The notes: generated from the sequence alone by a model not told the origin. Positions 8,686 to 17,298 are shown, counted from the stretch's first letter. The stretch: DNA of 64,000 nucleotides from Thermoplasmata archaeon (GCA_034667725.1 JAXDQS010000003.1:160001-224000); one strand, 5' to 3'. Numbers and translations: made by a program.

Positions 8686-8931
8686 ATGGTCACCGCCCAA
8701 GTCACAGTCCACCTCAAGCCCGGCATCTCCGACCCGGAGGGCAAGAACACCGAGAAGGCGCTCCAGCTCCTGGGCTTCGACGGCGTCAAGGGCGTGCACA
8801 CCACGCGCGTCTGGAACATCGAGCTCGCCACCAAGTCGAAGGACAAGGCCAAGGCGGACGTCGAGCGGATGTGCCGCCGGCTCCTGACCAACCCGGTGAT
8901 CCACGACTTCAGCATCAAGGTCCTGGACTGA
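8686..8931 (+). CDS. purS: phosphoribosylformylglycinamidine synthase subunit PurS
   Basis: V.LKPGISDPEG...AL..LGF; MC.RLLTNPVIHDF. Confidence 0.93.
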   Translation: MVTAQVTVHLKPGISDPEGKNTEKALQLLGFDGVKGVHTTRVWNIELATKSKDKAKADVERMCRRLLTNPVIHDFSIKVLD

Positions 8932-8936
8932 TCGCG

Positions 8937-11705
8937 ATGCACTCGGCCAGCAAGTCGCAGCGCAAGAACGCCAAGATCGTCAAGAACGCCGACCGGGACG
9001 AGCGGGAGGGGCGGCACAAGGTCATCGGGAAGGGCAAGGACCGCGCGCCCAAGGCCATCGCGGGCGCCCGCAAGGGCAACCGCAAGCTCGCGAGAGTGGT
9101 CTCGCGCGCCCAGAAGAAGCTCGACACCGACATCGCGCGCGCCAAGACCGCGGTCGCCAAGGCCCGCAAGGACTTGCACCGCCACGCCGGCGGCTCGGTG
9201 CTCCACCAGCGTGAAGCCGGCCCCGCGGCGCCCGCCATGGTGAGCCCCGCCGACCGCATCATCCATCGCCTATTGACCAAGGCCGCCCCCGAGGCCGCGG
9301 CCGCGACCGGCCCGTCGTGGGAGCGCCACGTCCACAAGGCCGACGTCGGCTTCCCCCTCAAGACCTTCAGCCTCGCCCGCATGACCGACGACGAGCTGAC
9401 GGCGTGCAGCAAGGCGCTCGGCATCCGCCTGTCGCTCGCCGAGATGAAGGCGGCGCGCGACTACTTCGCCGGCAAGGGCCGCGACCCCACCGACGTCGAG
9501 ATGGAGGCGCTCGGCCAGGCCTGGTCCGAGCACTGCTGCTACAAGTCCTCCAAGCCGGTGCTGAAGCGCAACGTCTACGGCATCGCGGAGGACAAGATCG
9601 TCTGCCGCGAGGACGCGGGCGTGCTGCCGTTCGACGGCGACTGGTACTACTCGCCCAAGCTGGAGTCGCACAACCACCCCTCGGCCATCGAGCCCTACGG
9701 CGGCGCCGCGACCGGCATCGGCGGCGTCATCCGCGACGTGGTCTGCATGGGCGCCCAGCCGGTCGCCCTGATCGACCCGCTGTTCTTCGGCCCGCTCGAC
9801 ACGCCGCTGGAGTCGCTCCCCGCCGGCGTCAAGCACCCGAGCTTCCTCCTGTCCGGCGTCACCGCGGGCATCCGCGACTACGGCAACCGCGTCGGCATCC
9901 CCACGGTCGCGGGCGGCGTCACGTTCCACCCCGGCTACACCGGCAACTGCCTCGTCAACGTCGGCTGCGTCGGCGTGCTCCGGAAGGACCACCTGACGCA
10001 CTCGAAGGCCGGCGGCGTCGGCGACGTCTTCGTCTACCTCGGCAACCCGACCGGCCGCGACGGCATCCATGGTGTTGCGTTCGCGTCCGAGGAGCTGTCC
10101 GAGGCCTCCGAGGAGGCCAGCCGCTCGGCCGTCCAGGTCGGCGACGCCATCCTCAAGGAGCCGCTCATCCACGTCACGCTGGAGCTGATCGAGAAGGGCC
10201 TCGTCACCGGCTGCAAGGACTTCGGCGGCGGCGGCCTGTCGTGCGTCGCGGGCGAGCTGGCCTACGACGCCGGCTTCGGCTGCGAAATCCTGCTGGACGC
10301 CGTCCCCACCAAGGTCCCCGGCATGGCGCCGTGGGAGATCTGGGTCAGCGAGTCGCAGGAGCGCATGATGGTCACCTGCAAGATCGCCCAGGCCGAGAAG
10401 GTGCTCCAGGTGGCGCGCAAGTGGGACGTGCCCGCCGCCGTCGTGGGCAAGGTCATCAAGGAGAAGGTCAACCGCGTCCTCTACCACCACACCAAGGTCC
10501 TCGAGTTCGACCTGAGCTTCAGCACCGGCGGCCCCGTCTACGACCGCCCGATGCAGCCCCGCGCCATCGACCGCAAGTCCACGCTTTCGTTCAAGGAGCC
10601 CAAGGACCTGTCCGAAGTCCTCCTGGCCTTGATGGCGCACCCCAATGTCATGTCGAAGGAGCACATCGTCCGCCAGTACGACCACGAGGTGCGCGCCAAC
10701 ACGGTCCTCAAGCCGTTCCAGGGCGTCATGGGCCACGAAGGCCCCGGCGACGCCGCCGTCCTCAAGCCCGTCGCCGAGTCGAACAAGGGCCTCGCCCTCA
10801 GCTGCGACGTGAATCCCAACTACTGCGTCCGCGACCCCTACTGGGGCGCCGCCTCCGCCGTCGACGAGACCGTGCGCAACCTCGCCGCCGTCGGCGCCCG
10901 CATCAGCTCGATGTGCGACAACCTCAACTTCGGCAACCCCGAGAAGCCGGAACGCATGTGGGAACTGAGCGAGTCCACCCGCGGCCTCGGCGACATGGCC
11001 CGCGTCCTCGACGTCCCCTACTCGTCGGGCAACGTCAGCCTCTACAATGAAGGCCCCAGCGGCCCGATCCCGCCGACCCCGACGGTCATGGGCATCGGCA
11101 TCCTGAGCCACTACGCCCACGCCACCACCATGGACCTCAAGGAGGCCGGCAACCCGCTGTTCCTGCTGGGGCACACCTTCCGCGACCTGGGCGGCAGCAT
11201 CTACCTGGAGCACCTCGGGCTGGAGGGCGAGCGCGTCCCCCAGAGCGACCCAGAGTTGCTGAAAGTCCTTGCCGAGAAGCTGGTGTCCGCCATCGAGAAA
11301 GGCCTGGTGCGCGCGGCCCACGACTGCTCCGAGGGCGGCATCGCCGTGACCCTCGCCGAGATGGCGTTCGCCGGCAAGATGGGCGCCAAGGCCGACCTCG
11401 CCCCCATCGGCGGCTTCGGCGACGAGACCGACTTCGCCCCGGGCCCGATGCGCAGCGACCACAAGCTGTTCAGCGAGAGCAACAGCCGCTGGATCGTCGA
11501 GGTCCCCGCCGCGAAGGCCAAGGAGTTCCACAAGCACTTCGACACGCCGCTCGTGCGCAAGTGCGTCTACCCGCTCGGCGAAGTGACCGACGACGGCCGC
11601 GTCGCCATCGTGGACGGCCGCAAGAAGCTCGTGGACCTGGAGGCAGAGGCGTGCCGCGAGGCGTGGCGCACCGCGCTGCCCAGGCTGCTGGGGGTGCCGG
11701 CTTGA
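8937..11705 (+). CDS. purL: phosphoribosylformylglycinamidine synthase subunit PurL, with basic N-terminal extension
   Basis: WSEHCCYKSS, ESHNHPSAIEPYGGAATGIGG, DFGGGG, SESQERM, LNFGNPE, GNVSLYN; start could be 9237. Confidence 0.95.
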   Translation: MHSASKSQRKNAKIVKNADRDEREGRHKVIGKGKDRAPKAIAGARKGNRKLARVVSRAQKKLDTDIARAKTAVAKARKDLHRHAGGSVLHQREAGPAAPAMVSPADRIIHRLLTKAAPEAAAATGPSWERHVHKADVGFPLKTFSLARMTDDELTACSKALGIRLSLAEMKAARDYFAGKGRDPTDVEMEALGQAWSEHCCYKSSKPVLKRNVYGIAEDKIVCREDAGVLPFDGDWYYSPKLESHNHPSAIEPYGGAATGIGGVIRDVVCMGAQPVALIDPLFFGPLDTPLESLPAGVKHPSFLLSGVTAGIRDYGNRVGIPTVAGGVTFHPGYTGNCLVNVGCVGVLRKDHLTHSKAGGVGDVFVYLGNPTGRDGIHGVAFASEELSEASEEASRSAVQVGDAILKEPLIHVTLELIEKGLVTGCKDFGGGGLSCVAGELAYDAGFGCEILLDAVPTKVPGMAPWEIWVSESQERMMVTCKIAQAEKVLQVARKWDVPAAVVGKVIKEKVNRVLYHHTKVLEFDLSFSTGGPVYDRPMQPRAIDRKSTLSFKEPKDLSEVLLALMAHPNVMSKEHIVRQYDHEVRANTVLKPFQGVMGHEGPGDAAVLKPVAESNKGLALSCDVNPNYCVRDPYWGAASAVDETVRNLAAVGARISSMCDNLNFGNPEKPERMWELSESTRGLGDMARVLDVPYSSGNVSLYNEGPSGPIPPTPTVMGIGILSHYAHATTMDLKEAGNPLFLLGHTFRDLGGSIYLEHLGLEGERVPQSDPELLKVLAEKLVSAIEKGLVRAAHDCSEGGIAVTLAEMAFAGKMGAKADLAPIGGFGDETDFAPGPMRSDHKLFSESNSRWIVEVPAAKAKEFHKHFDTPLVRKCVYPLGEVTDDGRVAIVDGRKKLVDLEAEACREAWRTALPRLLGVPA

Positions 11706-11716
11706 CGCCGCACCCG

Positions 11717-11778
11717 ACCACGGATTCCACGGATTGCACGGAACGGACATGGTCCGTGGAATCCGTGCAATCCGTGGT
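11717..11778. repeat. CACGGAT-unit inverted repeat (REP-like hairpin), copy 1
   Basis: ACCACGGATTCCACGGATTGCACGGA...TCCGTGGAATCCGTGCAATCCGTGGT between purL and purQ. Confidence 0.85.
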
Positions 11779-11798
11779 TGTCATGGAGGTGGCGTAGG

Positions 11799-12644
11799 AT
11801 GCGCAAGAGCGACATCAAGTGGGCCGTGCTGCGCATCGAGGGCACCAACTCGGAGGACGAGTCGGCCGCCTGCATGCGCGAGGTCGGCGTCCAAGCAGAG
11901 ATCGTCCACCTCAAGCAGTTCACCGGCGACGACGTCACCAAGGCCGAGCGGCGCAACCTTGCCGACTACGACGGCCTGTGGATCGCGGGCGGCTTCTCCG
12001 CGGGCGACTACATCCGCGCCGGCGCGATCCTGGCGGCCCGCATGAAGAGCCGGCTGGCCCCCGACCTCAAGGAGTTCATCAAGGCCGGCAAGCCGATGCT
12101 GGGCGTCTGCAACGGGTTCCAGATCATGGTCGAGCTGGGCGTGCTGCCCAACCTGGACGGCAAGCCGATGACCGACACGCCGACGGCGGTCCTGCACCTC
12201 AACGACTCGGGCCACTACGAGTGCCGCCCAAGCCTGCTCCGGCACGTCAACGCGGGCACCTGCAAGTTCACCGCCAGCATCCCCAAGGGCGAAGTCCGCA
12301 CCGTCATCACGAGCCACGCCGAGGGCAAGTTCCTGCTCGCTTCCAAGGAGGACTACAAGCGCCTCGCGGACCAGGACCAGGTCGTGTTCCAGTACACCGA
12401 CCCCGACGGCTCCAAGGCCCCGAAGTATCCCTGGCTGCCCAACGGCGCGCCGCACGCCATCGCGGGCATCTGCAACCCGGACGGCACCGTGTTCGGCATG
12501 ATGCCCCACCCGGAGCGCGTGTTCTGGCGCCGCAACCACCCCGACTGGACCCGCACCGGCCTCGACGCCGGCCTGGGCTTCGACGTGGGCGACGGCCGCG
12601 CGGTGTTCGAGAGCATCGTGGACTACCAGGTGAAGAAGCTGTGA
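11799..12644 (+). CDS. purQ: phosphoribosylformylglycinamidine synthase glutaminase subunit PurQ
   Basis: GTNSE, GGFSAGD, LGVCNGFQ, HAEG, GMMPHPER; GGAGGTG Shine-Dalgarno upstream. Confidence 0.95.
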   Translation: MRKSDIKWAVLRIEGTNSEDESAACMREVGVQAEIVHLKQFTGDDVTKAERRNLADYDGLWIAGGFSAGDYIRAGAILAARMKSRLAPDLKEFIKAGKPMLGVCNGFQIMVELGVLPNLDGKPMTDTPTAVLHLNDSGHYECRPSLLRHVNAGTCKFTASIPKGEVRTVITSHAEGKFLLASKEDYKRLADQDQVVFQYTDPDGSKAPKYPWLPNGAPHAIAGICNPDGTVFGMMPHPERVFWRRNHPDWTRTGLDAGLGFDVGDGRAVFESIVDYQVKKL

Positions 12645-13027
12645 CGACGGCCGCGGCTTGGCGGCGCCCCGCGCTCCAACCCTACTACTTCGGGCTCGCT
12701 TGCCTCCTGGTCCTGGCCATCGTCGTGCAGGTCTACCTCGCGGGCCTCACGGTGCTCTACGAGTACGACACCTACGCCCCGGCCCACCGCGGGCTGTCGC
12801 ACGTGCTGGAGCTGGCGCCGATCTTGCTAGTCGTGCTGGGCCTCGTCGGCGGCGCCCCAAAGCCCGTCACCTGGGCTCCGCTCGGCCTGGTGGTCCTGGT
12901 GGGCCTGCAGCACGCCACCATCGCGGCGGTCGGCAGCCCCCTCCGGGCCCTGCACGCCGTGAACGCGCTGCTGATCCTCGCGGCCGCCGCCTGGCTTGCC
13001 TACGCCTCGCGTCCCACTCGGGCGTAG
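12641..13027 (+). CDS. DUF6220-like 4-TM membrane protein
   Basis: VQVYLAGL...H..L...LQH...ALHAVNA; GTGA overlap with the purQ stop. Confidence 0.6.
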   Translation: MTTAAAWRRPALQPYYFGLACLLVLAIVVQVYLAGLTVLYEYDTYAPAHRGLSHVLELAPILLVVLGLVGGAPKPVTWAPLGLVVLVGLQHATIAAVGSPLRALHAVNALLILAAAAWLAYASRPTRA

Positions 13028-13100
13028 GACGGGCCTCGGCCTGCCCGAATCCGGCGTGCCCTGGCGGAGGGCCAAATCGGGGGCGCGCATGGCTTGGGGC

Positions 13101-13445
13101 ATGGGAGCCCTGCTGCTTGCCCAGAAGCCGACGCCCGCCACCCCGACCGCCCCCCGCCGCAACAAGGTGCTGGTGCCCGTGCGCTACAGCGCCTGGCTGG
13201 CCGGCGACCTCGGGCGCACCCTGGAGGCCACCCTCCTCGGCGCCTTGCACGACCTGAAGGAGCCGACGGTCACCCGGATGCCGCGCGCCTTCGTGGTCGA
13301 GGCCGCCGAGGAGCCCGGCCCGATGCTGGAGGCGGTCCACCGCGCCGTCCAGGACCTGGAGCGCGCCGTGCAGCAGCGCTACCCGGTGTTCCATCACCAG
13401 CTCGGCCCGGTGTGGGCGGGGACGTTGCAGGCCGTGTTCGCGTAG
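13101..13445 (+). CDS. hypothetical protein
   Basis: ORF with host codon bias filling the gap before the DsbA-like pair. Confidence 0.5.
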   Translation: MGALLLAQKPTPATPTAPRRNKVLVPVRYSAWLAGDLGRTLEATLLGALHDLKEPTVTRMPRAFVVEAAEEPGPMLEAVHRAVQDLERAVQQRYPVFHHQLGPVWAGTLQAVFA

Positions 13446-13475
13446 GTCCAAGACGGCCGCCCGCCTGCGGCGCCC

Positions 13476-14081
13476 GTGGAGCCCACCCCGCTCTACTTCA
13501 CCTACCCGTCGCCGTTCTGCTACCTCGCCTGGCAGCGGACCCGCCTGCGGCCCGAGCGCTACGCCAACGTCCGGCTGTCCTGGACCCCGATCCTGTTCCG
13601 CCGCCTCATGGCCCTGACGGGCGGCGCCGCCGGCGGGTCGCCGCCGTTGCAGCTCAAGTACGCCTACGCGGACGCCGAGCGCTGGGCCAAGGCCTACGGC
13701 GTGCCGTTCGCCAACTTCGACCGCAGCGCCCCCGCCGACCAGACGGCGCACAAGGTCCACCTGCTTGCCCAAGACGCCGGCGGCGGCTGGGAGGCCCGGT
13801 GGCTCCAGGCCGCCTTCACGGCCGGCCGCATCGAAGGCCGCGACCTGACCGACGCGACCGTCGTGCAGGCGTTGGCCCGCCAGGCCGGCGTGCCTGGGCT
13901 CGCGCGCCTGGGCGAGCCGGAGCTGGACGCCCGGCTGGAGGCGAACACGCAGCGGGCGATGCGCGACGGCGTGTGCGGCGTGCCGTTCCTGCGCCACGGC
14001 GGCGAGGCCTACTGGGGCAACGACCGCCTGAGCTGGCTCGAGGCCCGGCTGGCGGGCAAGCCGCACCCGGAGGCGCTGTGA
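13476..14081 (+). CDS. DsbA/HCCA isomerase (GST-kappa-like) family protein
   Basis: YFTYPSPFCYLAW; GVCGVPF; YWGNDRL. Confidence 0.85.
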   Translation: MEPTPLYFTYPSPFCYLAWQRTRLRPERYANVRLSWTPILFRRLMALTGGAAGGSPPLQLKYAYADAERWAKAYGVPFANFDRSAPADQTAHKVHLLAQDAGGGWEARWLQAAFTAGRIEGRDLTDATVVQALARQAGVPGLARLGEPELDARLEANTQRAMRDGVCGVPFLRHGGEAYWGNDRLSWLEARLAGKPHPEAL

Positions 14082-14677
14082 TGCAGGTCCATCTCTACTT
14101 CGCCTACGGCAGCAGCTACAGCTACCTCGCCTGGGCACGCATCACGAAGGCGCTGGCGAAGCGCTGGGACGGCGTCGAGGTGCTGTGGAAGCCGGTGCGC
14201 TTCGCCCGCCTCATGGAGCTGCAAGGCCACGACGGCACCGGCCCCAGCAACGAAGGCCCCTACGCGCGGCGCGACACGGCGCGGTGGGCGCTGGCCTACG
14301 ACGTGCCGATGCGCTACCCGCCCAGCTACCCCATCGACTCGTCCGACGCCGCCCGCGCCCACCTCCTGGCCGAGATGGAGGGGCCCGCCAAGGAGGCGGC
14401 CTGGCTGGCGGCCTGCATGGCGGCCCATTGGGAGCAAGGCCGCGACATCAGCGACCCCGCCGTGCTGGAAGACTTGGCGCGCGAGGCCGGCCTGCCGCCG
14501 CTCGGCCCGCGCCTGCGGTCGGAAGGCATCGAGAAGCTCCTGGAGGCCAACACGCAGGAGGCGGTCGCCGCCGGCGCGCCCGGCGTGCCGTTCGCCGTCC
14601 TGGAAGGCGAAGGGTTCTGGGGCAACGACCGGCTCGACTGGGTCGAGGCCATGGTCGAGGCGATGCGGGGCGGGTAG
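14081..14677 (+). CDS. DsbA/HCCA isomerase (GST-kappa-like) family protein, paralog 2
   Basis: YFAYGSSYSYLAW; GAPGVPF; FWGNDRL; TGATG coupling to the upstream paralog. Confidence 0.85.
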   Translation: MQVHLYFAYGSSYSYLAWARITKALAKRWDGVEVLWKPVRFARLMELQGHDGTGPSNEGPYARRDTARWALAYDVPMRYPPSYPIDSSDAARAHLLAEMEGPAKEAAWLAACMAAHWEQGRDISDPAVLEDLAREAGLPPLGPRLRSEGIEKLLEANTQEAVAAGAPGVPFAVLEGEGFWGNDRLDWVEAMVEAMRGG

Positions 14678-14830
14678 GGTCGCGCGGCAGCGCGCGCCGA
14701 AGGCGAAGCCGAGGCGGCCGGTGGGTCACGCCCGGAGGGCCGTGACCCGCCAGGGGGTCCAAGGGGCGAAGCCCCTTGTGCGGGCAACGACCGGCTCGAC
14801 TGGGTCGAAGCCATGGTCGAGGCGATGCGG
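14620..14830 (+). mobile_element. 113-bp GNA-hairpin insert flanked by a 49-bp direct repeat of the CDS 3' end
   Basis: 14620-14668 is repeated at 14782-14830 (1 mismatch); the insert contains CCAGGGGGTCCAAGGGGCGAAGCCCCTTG, shared with 63769-63797; mobility is inferred. Confidence 0.7.
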
Positions 14831-14850
14831 ACGCCCTGAGGGGCCCCCGG

Positions 14851-14952
14851 TCAGCTCCTGATCAGCGCCGCCAAGGCCGTGAGGGCCAGCAGGCCGACCA
14901 TGATCAGCACGAGGATGCGGGCGCGGCGCACGCGGCGGTCTTCTTCCTTCAC
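14851..14952 (-). CDS. 33-aa single-pass membrane microprotein (absent from ORF track)
   Basis: GTG-KEEDRRVRRARILVLIMVGLLALTALAALIRS*; nearly all third positions G/C. Confidence 0.5.
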   Translation of the reverse strand: MKEEDRRVRRARILVLIMVGLLALTALAALIRS

Positions 14953-15041
14953 GCTGGGCCGACTTGGGGCGCGGCGTCATGGCCCTTGCGGTTCCTGCGC
15001 AAGGCGGCTCCTTGAAATATCGAACGCCATTGACGAAAACC

Positions 15042-15701
15042 ATGGCCTCCTGGATGGACAACGAGTCCATGTTTCGGTTCCTGCACATCCTGTCCGGCAT
15101 TGTCTGGATCGGGATGCTGTACTTCTTCAACCTCGTGAACCTGCCTCTGTTGAAGTTCCCCTTGACCCGCCCGGTGGCGGCCAAGATGGACGAGAAGGTG
15201 AACCTGCACGTCGTCACCAAGACGCTGTTCTGGTTCCGCTGGGGGGCCGCCTTCACGCTGCTGTTCGGCCTCATCCTCCTGGAGATCGAGCGCCAGACCT
15301 TCCCCGGCGGCTTGAAGGGCTACTTCCTGGAGAACGGGATGCAGGGCCACGCCATCCTGATGGGCGGCCTGTTCGCGCTCGTGATGTTCTTCAACGTCTG
15401 GTTCGTCATCTGGCCCCGCCAGAAGAAGATCCTCGCCAACAACCTCCGCCTGGCCGGCACCGTCACCGACGAGGAGAAGGCCCGCCTGGCCGCCGAGAAC
15501 GCGCCGCTCGTGAAGACCGCGACCCTGGCGTCGCGCACCAACACCTGGCTCTCGGTCCCCATGCTCTGGGGCATGGTCATGGGCGCCCACGGCTACCCCG
15601 TCGGCAACGACCTGCGCTCCTGGCTCATCCCCATCCTCATCCTGGCGGCCGTGCTGCTGATGATGGCGGCCTACGCCAACCAGAAGCCGAAGAAGGCATA
15701 G
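15042..15701 (+). CDS. Urate_ox_N / PuuD-like membrane protein without cytochrome c domain
   Basis: RFLHILSGIVWIG.LYFFN; FWFRWGAAFT; MFFNVWFVIWP.QKK; ASRTNT.LS.PML. Confidence 0.75.
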   Translation: MASWMDNESMFRFLHILSGIVWIGMLYFFNLVNLPLLKFPLTRPVAAKMDEKVNLHVVTKTLFWFRWGAAFTLLFGLILLEIERQTFPGGLKGYFLENGMQGHAILMGGLFALVMFFNVWFVIWPRQKKILANNLRLAGTVTDEEKARLAAENAPLVKTATLASRTNTWLSVPMLWGMVMGAHGYPVGNDLRSWLIPILILAAVLLMMAAYANQKPKKA

Positions 15702-15703
15702 CC

Positions 15704-16432
15704 CTAGGACGCGGGGGCGGCGGCCAGCACCTGCCAGCCGGCCCGCCGCGCCCGCCGCTTGAGGCGGCCGCGCGGGTTGACGGCGACGGCGTGGCCGACC
15801 GCCTCCAGCATGTGCTTGTCCGACCAGTGGTCCGAGTAGGCCCAGCAGTCCGCGAGCCGGATGCCCTTGGCGCGCGCGTAGGCGTGCATGATGTTCGCCT
15901 TGTCGAGGCCAAAAAGCGGGCCGTCGACGCGGCCGGTGAGCCGGTCCTTGCGCTCCCGCAGCCGGCAGCCGATGACCTCGATGGCGGGATCGACGGTGTG
16001 CACGACGCGGCGGATGAGGTCCTCCATGCCGGTGGTGACGACGACGCAGTCGCGGCCGGCGGCGCGGTGGGCCCGCAGCTCCCGGACCATGCTGGGCAGC
16101 AGGCGGGGCACGAGCGCCTCGTGGGCGAACTCCTCCATGAGTCCGTAGAACTCGCTGGCGGGGACGCCGCGCAGGCCCTTGTAGGCGGCGCGCAGCAGGC
16201 TGCTGCGGCGGCGGGCATGGACCTTGTAGAGCGCCGCCTGGAAGCCCATCCCGGTGAGGTAGGGCACGTAGCGCAGCCAGAGGCGGAAGCGGCGCCAGAA
16301 GTGGCCGGCGAGCTGGCGGCGGCGCCAGAAGAACAGGTAGAGCCCGAACAGCGGGCCGGCGTCGCCGTGGATGAGGGTGTTGTCGAAGTCGAAGAAGGCG
16401 ATGCCTGGGCCGGCGGGGCGCGGCGCCGTCAC
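15704..16432 (-). CDS. HAD-IB (SerB-like) hydrolase
   Basis: AFFDFDNTL, VVTTG, AYSDHWSD, AVNP. Confidence 0.88.
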   Translation of the reverse strand: MTAPRPAGPGIAFFDFDNTLIHGDAGPLFGLYLFFWRRRQLAGHFWRRFRLWLRYVPYLTGMGFQAALYKVHARRRSSLLRAAYKGLRGVPASEFYGLMEEFAHEALVPRLLPSMVRELRAHRAAGRDCVVVTTGMEDLIRRVVHTVDPAIEVIGCRLRERKDRLTGRVDGPLFGLDKANIMHAYARAKGIRLADCWAYSDHWSDKHMLEAVGHAVAVNPRGRLKRRARRAGWQVLAAAPAS

Positions 16433-17268
16433 CGCGCCTCCTCCAAGTGCCGGTCGAACCAGGCCAAGGCCGCGTCGGCCAACAGCGGGCCGTCGAGGTC
16501 GCGGAAGCAGGAGTGGCCGCCGCGGTGCTGCAGCAGCTCCTTCGGGCCGCCGAGGTTGTCGTAGACCTCCCGGGTGTGGGCGGGCCGCACCGCGCGGTCA
16601 TGCGGGCTCGCGAACACCAGCACCGGGGCACGGACGTCGCGCGCCCACTCGGCGGCGGACATCGTCATCGCCGGCCGGTAGTTGGCCAGGCTGACGCGGC
16701 CCAGCAGGAAGCCGTCCGCCTTCGCCTTGCGGGCGGCGTCCTGGTCCACGAACAGCTGCGGATACGACAGCTTGTAAGGAATCGTGCCGGCCGGCTTGCC
16801 CTTGCGGACCCGGCGCTCCGCCCACTTGCCCACGACATGGTAGCCCCACTGCTCCCACGGCCGCAGCTCGTCGAACAGCCGCGACACGGGATGCGCGACC
16901 ACCCCGGCGCCGAACAGCCGCGTCCGCCCCATCGCCGCGATGGCGTAGGAGCCGCCCAGGCTGTGGCCGACGACGCCGAACGGGCCGGCGGTCCGGGCGG
17001 CCAGCGCGTCGGCGGCGGCGCGCAGGTCCTCCAGCGCCAGCTCGACGCTGGTGCGGCCCGGCTCGCCGCCGGAGCGGCCGTAGCCACGGAAGTCGAACGC
17101 CAGCACGTCGTAGCCGCCCTTGGCCAACGTCGCCGGCAGGGGCCCGAACTCGGCGAGGCTGGAGTTGAAGCCGTGCGCCAGCACGAGGCCGCCCTTGGAC
17201 GGGCCGACCGAGCGGTGCAGCTCGCCGTGCAGCTGCGTCCCGGCCACGTCGATGCGCAGCGGCTCCAT
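16429..17268 (-). CDS. alpha/beta hydrolase
   Basis: HGF, FDFRGYGRS.G, GHSLGG, D..V, GGH. Confidence 0.88.
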   Translation of the reverse strand: MEPLRIDVAGTQLHGELHRSVGPSKGGLVLAHGFNSSLAEFGPLPATLAKGGYDVLAFDFRGYGRSGGEPGRTSVELALEDLRAAADALAARTAGPFGVVGHSLGGSYAIAAMGRTRLFGAGVVAHPVSRLFDELRPWEQWGYHVVGKWAERRVRKGKPAGTIPYKLSYPQLFVDQDAARKAKADGFLLGRVSLANYRPAMTMSAAEWARDVRAPVLVFASPHDRAVRPAHTREVYDNLGGPKELLQHRGGHSCFRDLDGPLLADAALAWFDRHLEEAR

Positions 17269-17298
17269 GAGCAACGCAGCAGCATCGGCTTTGAAACT

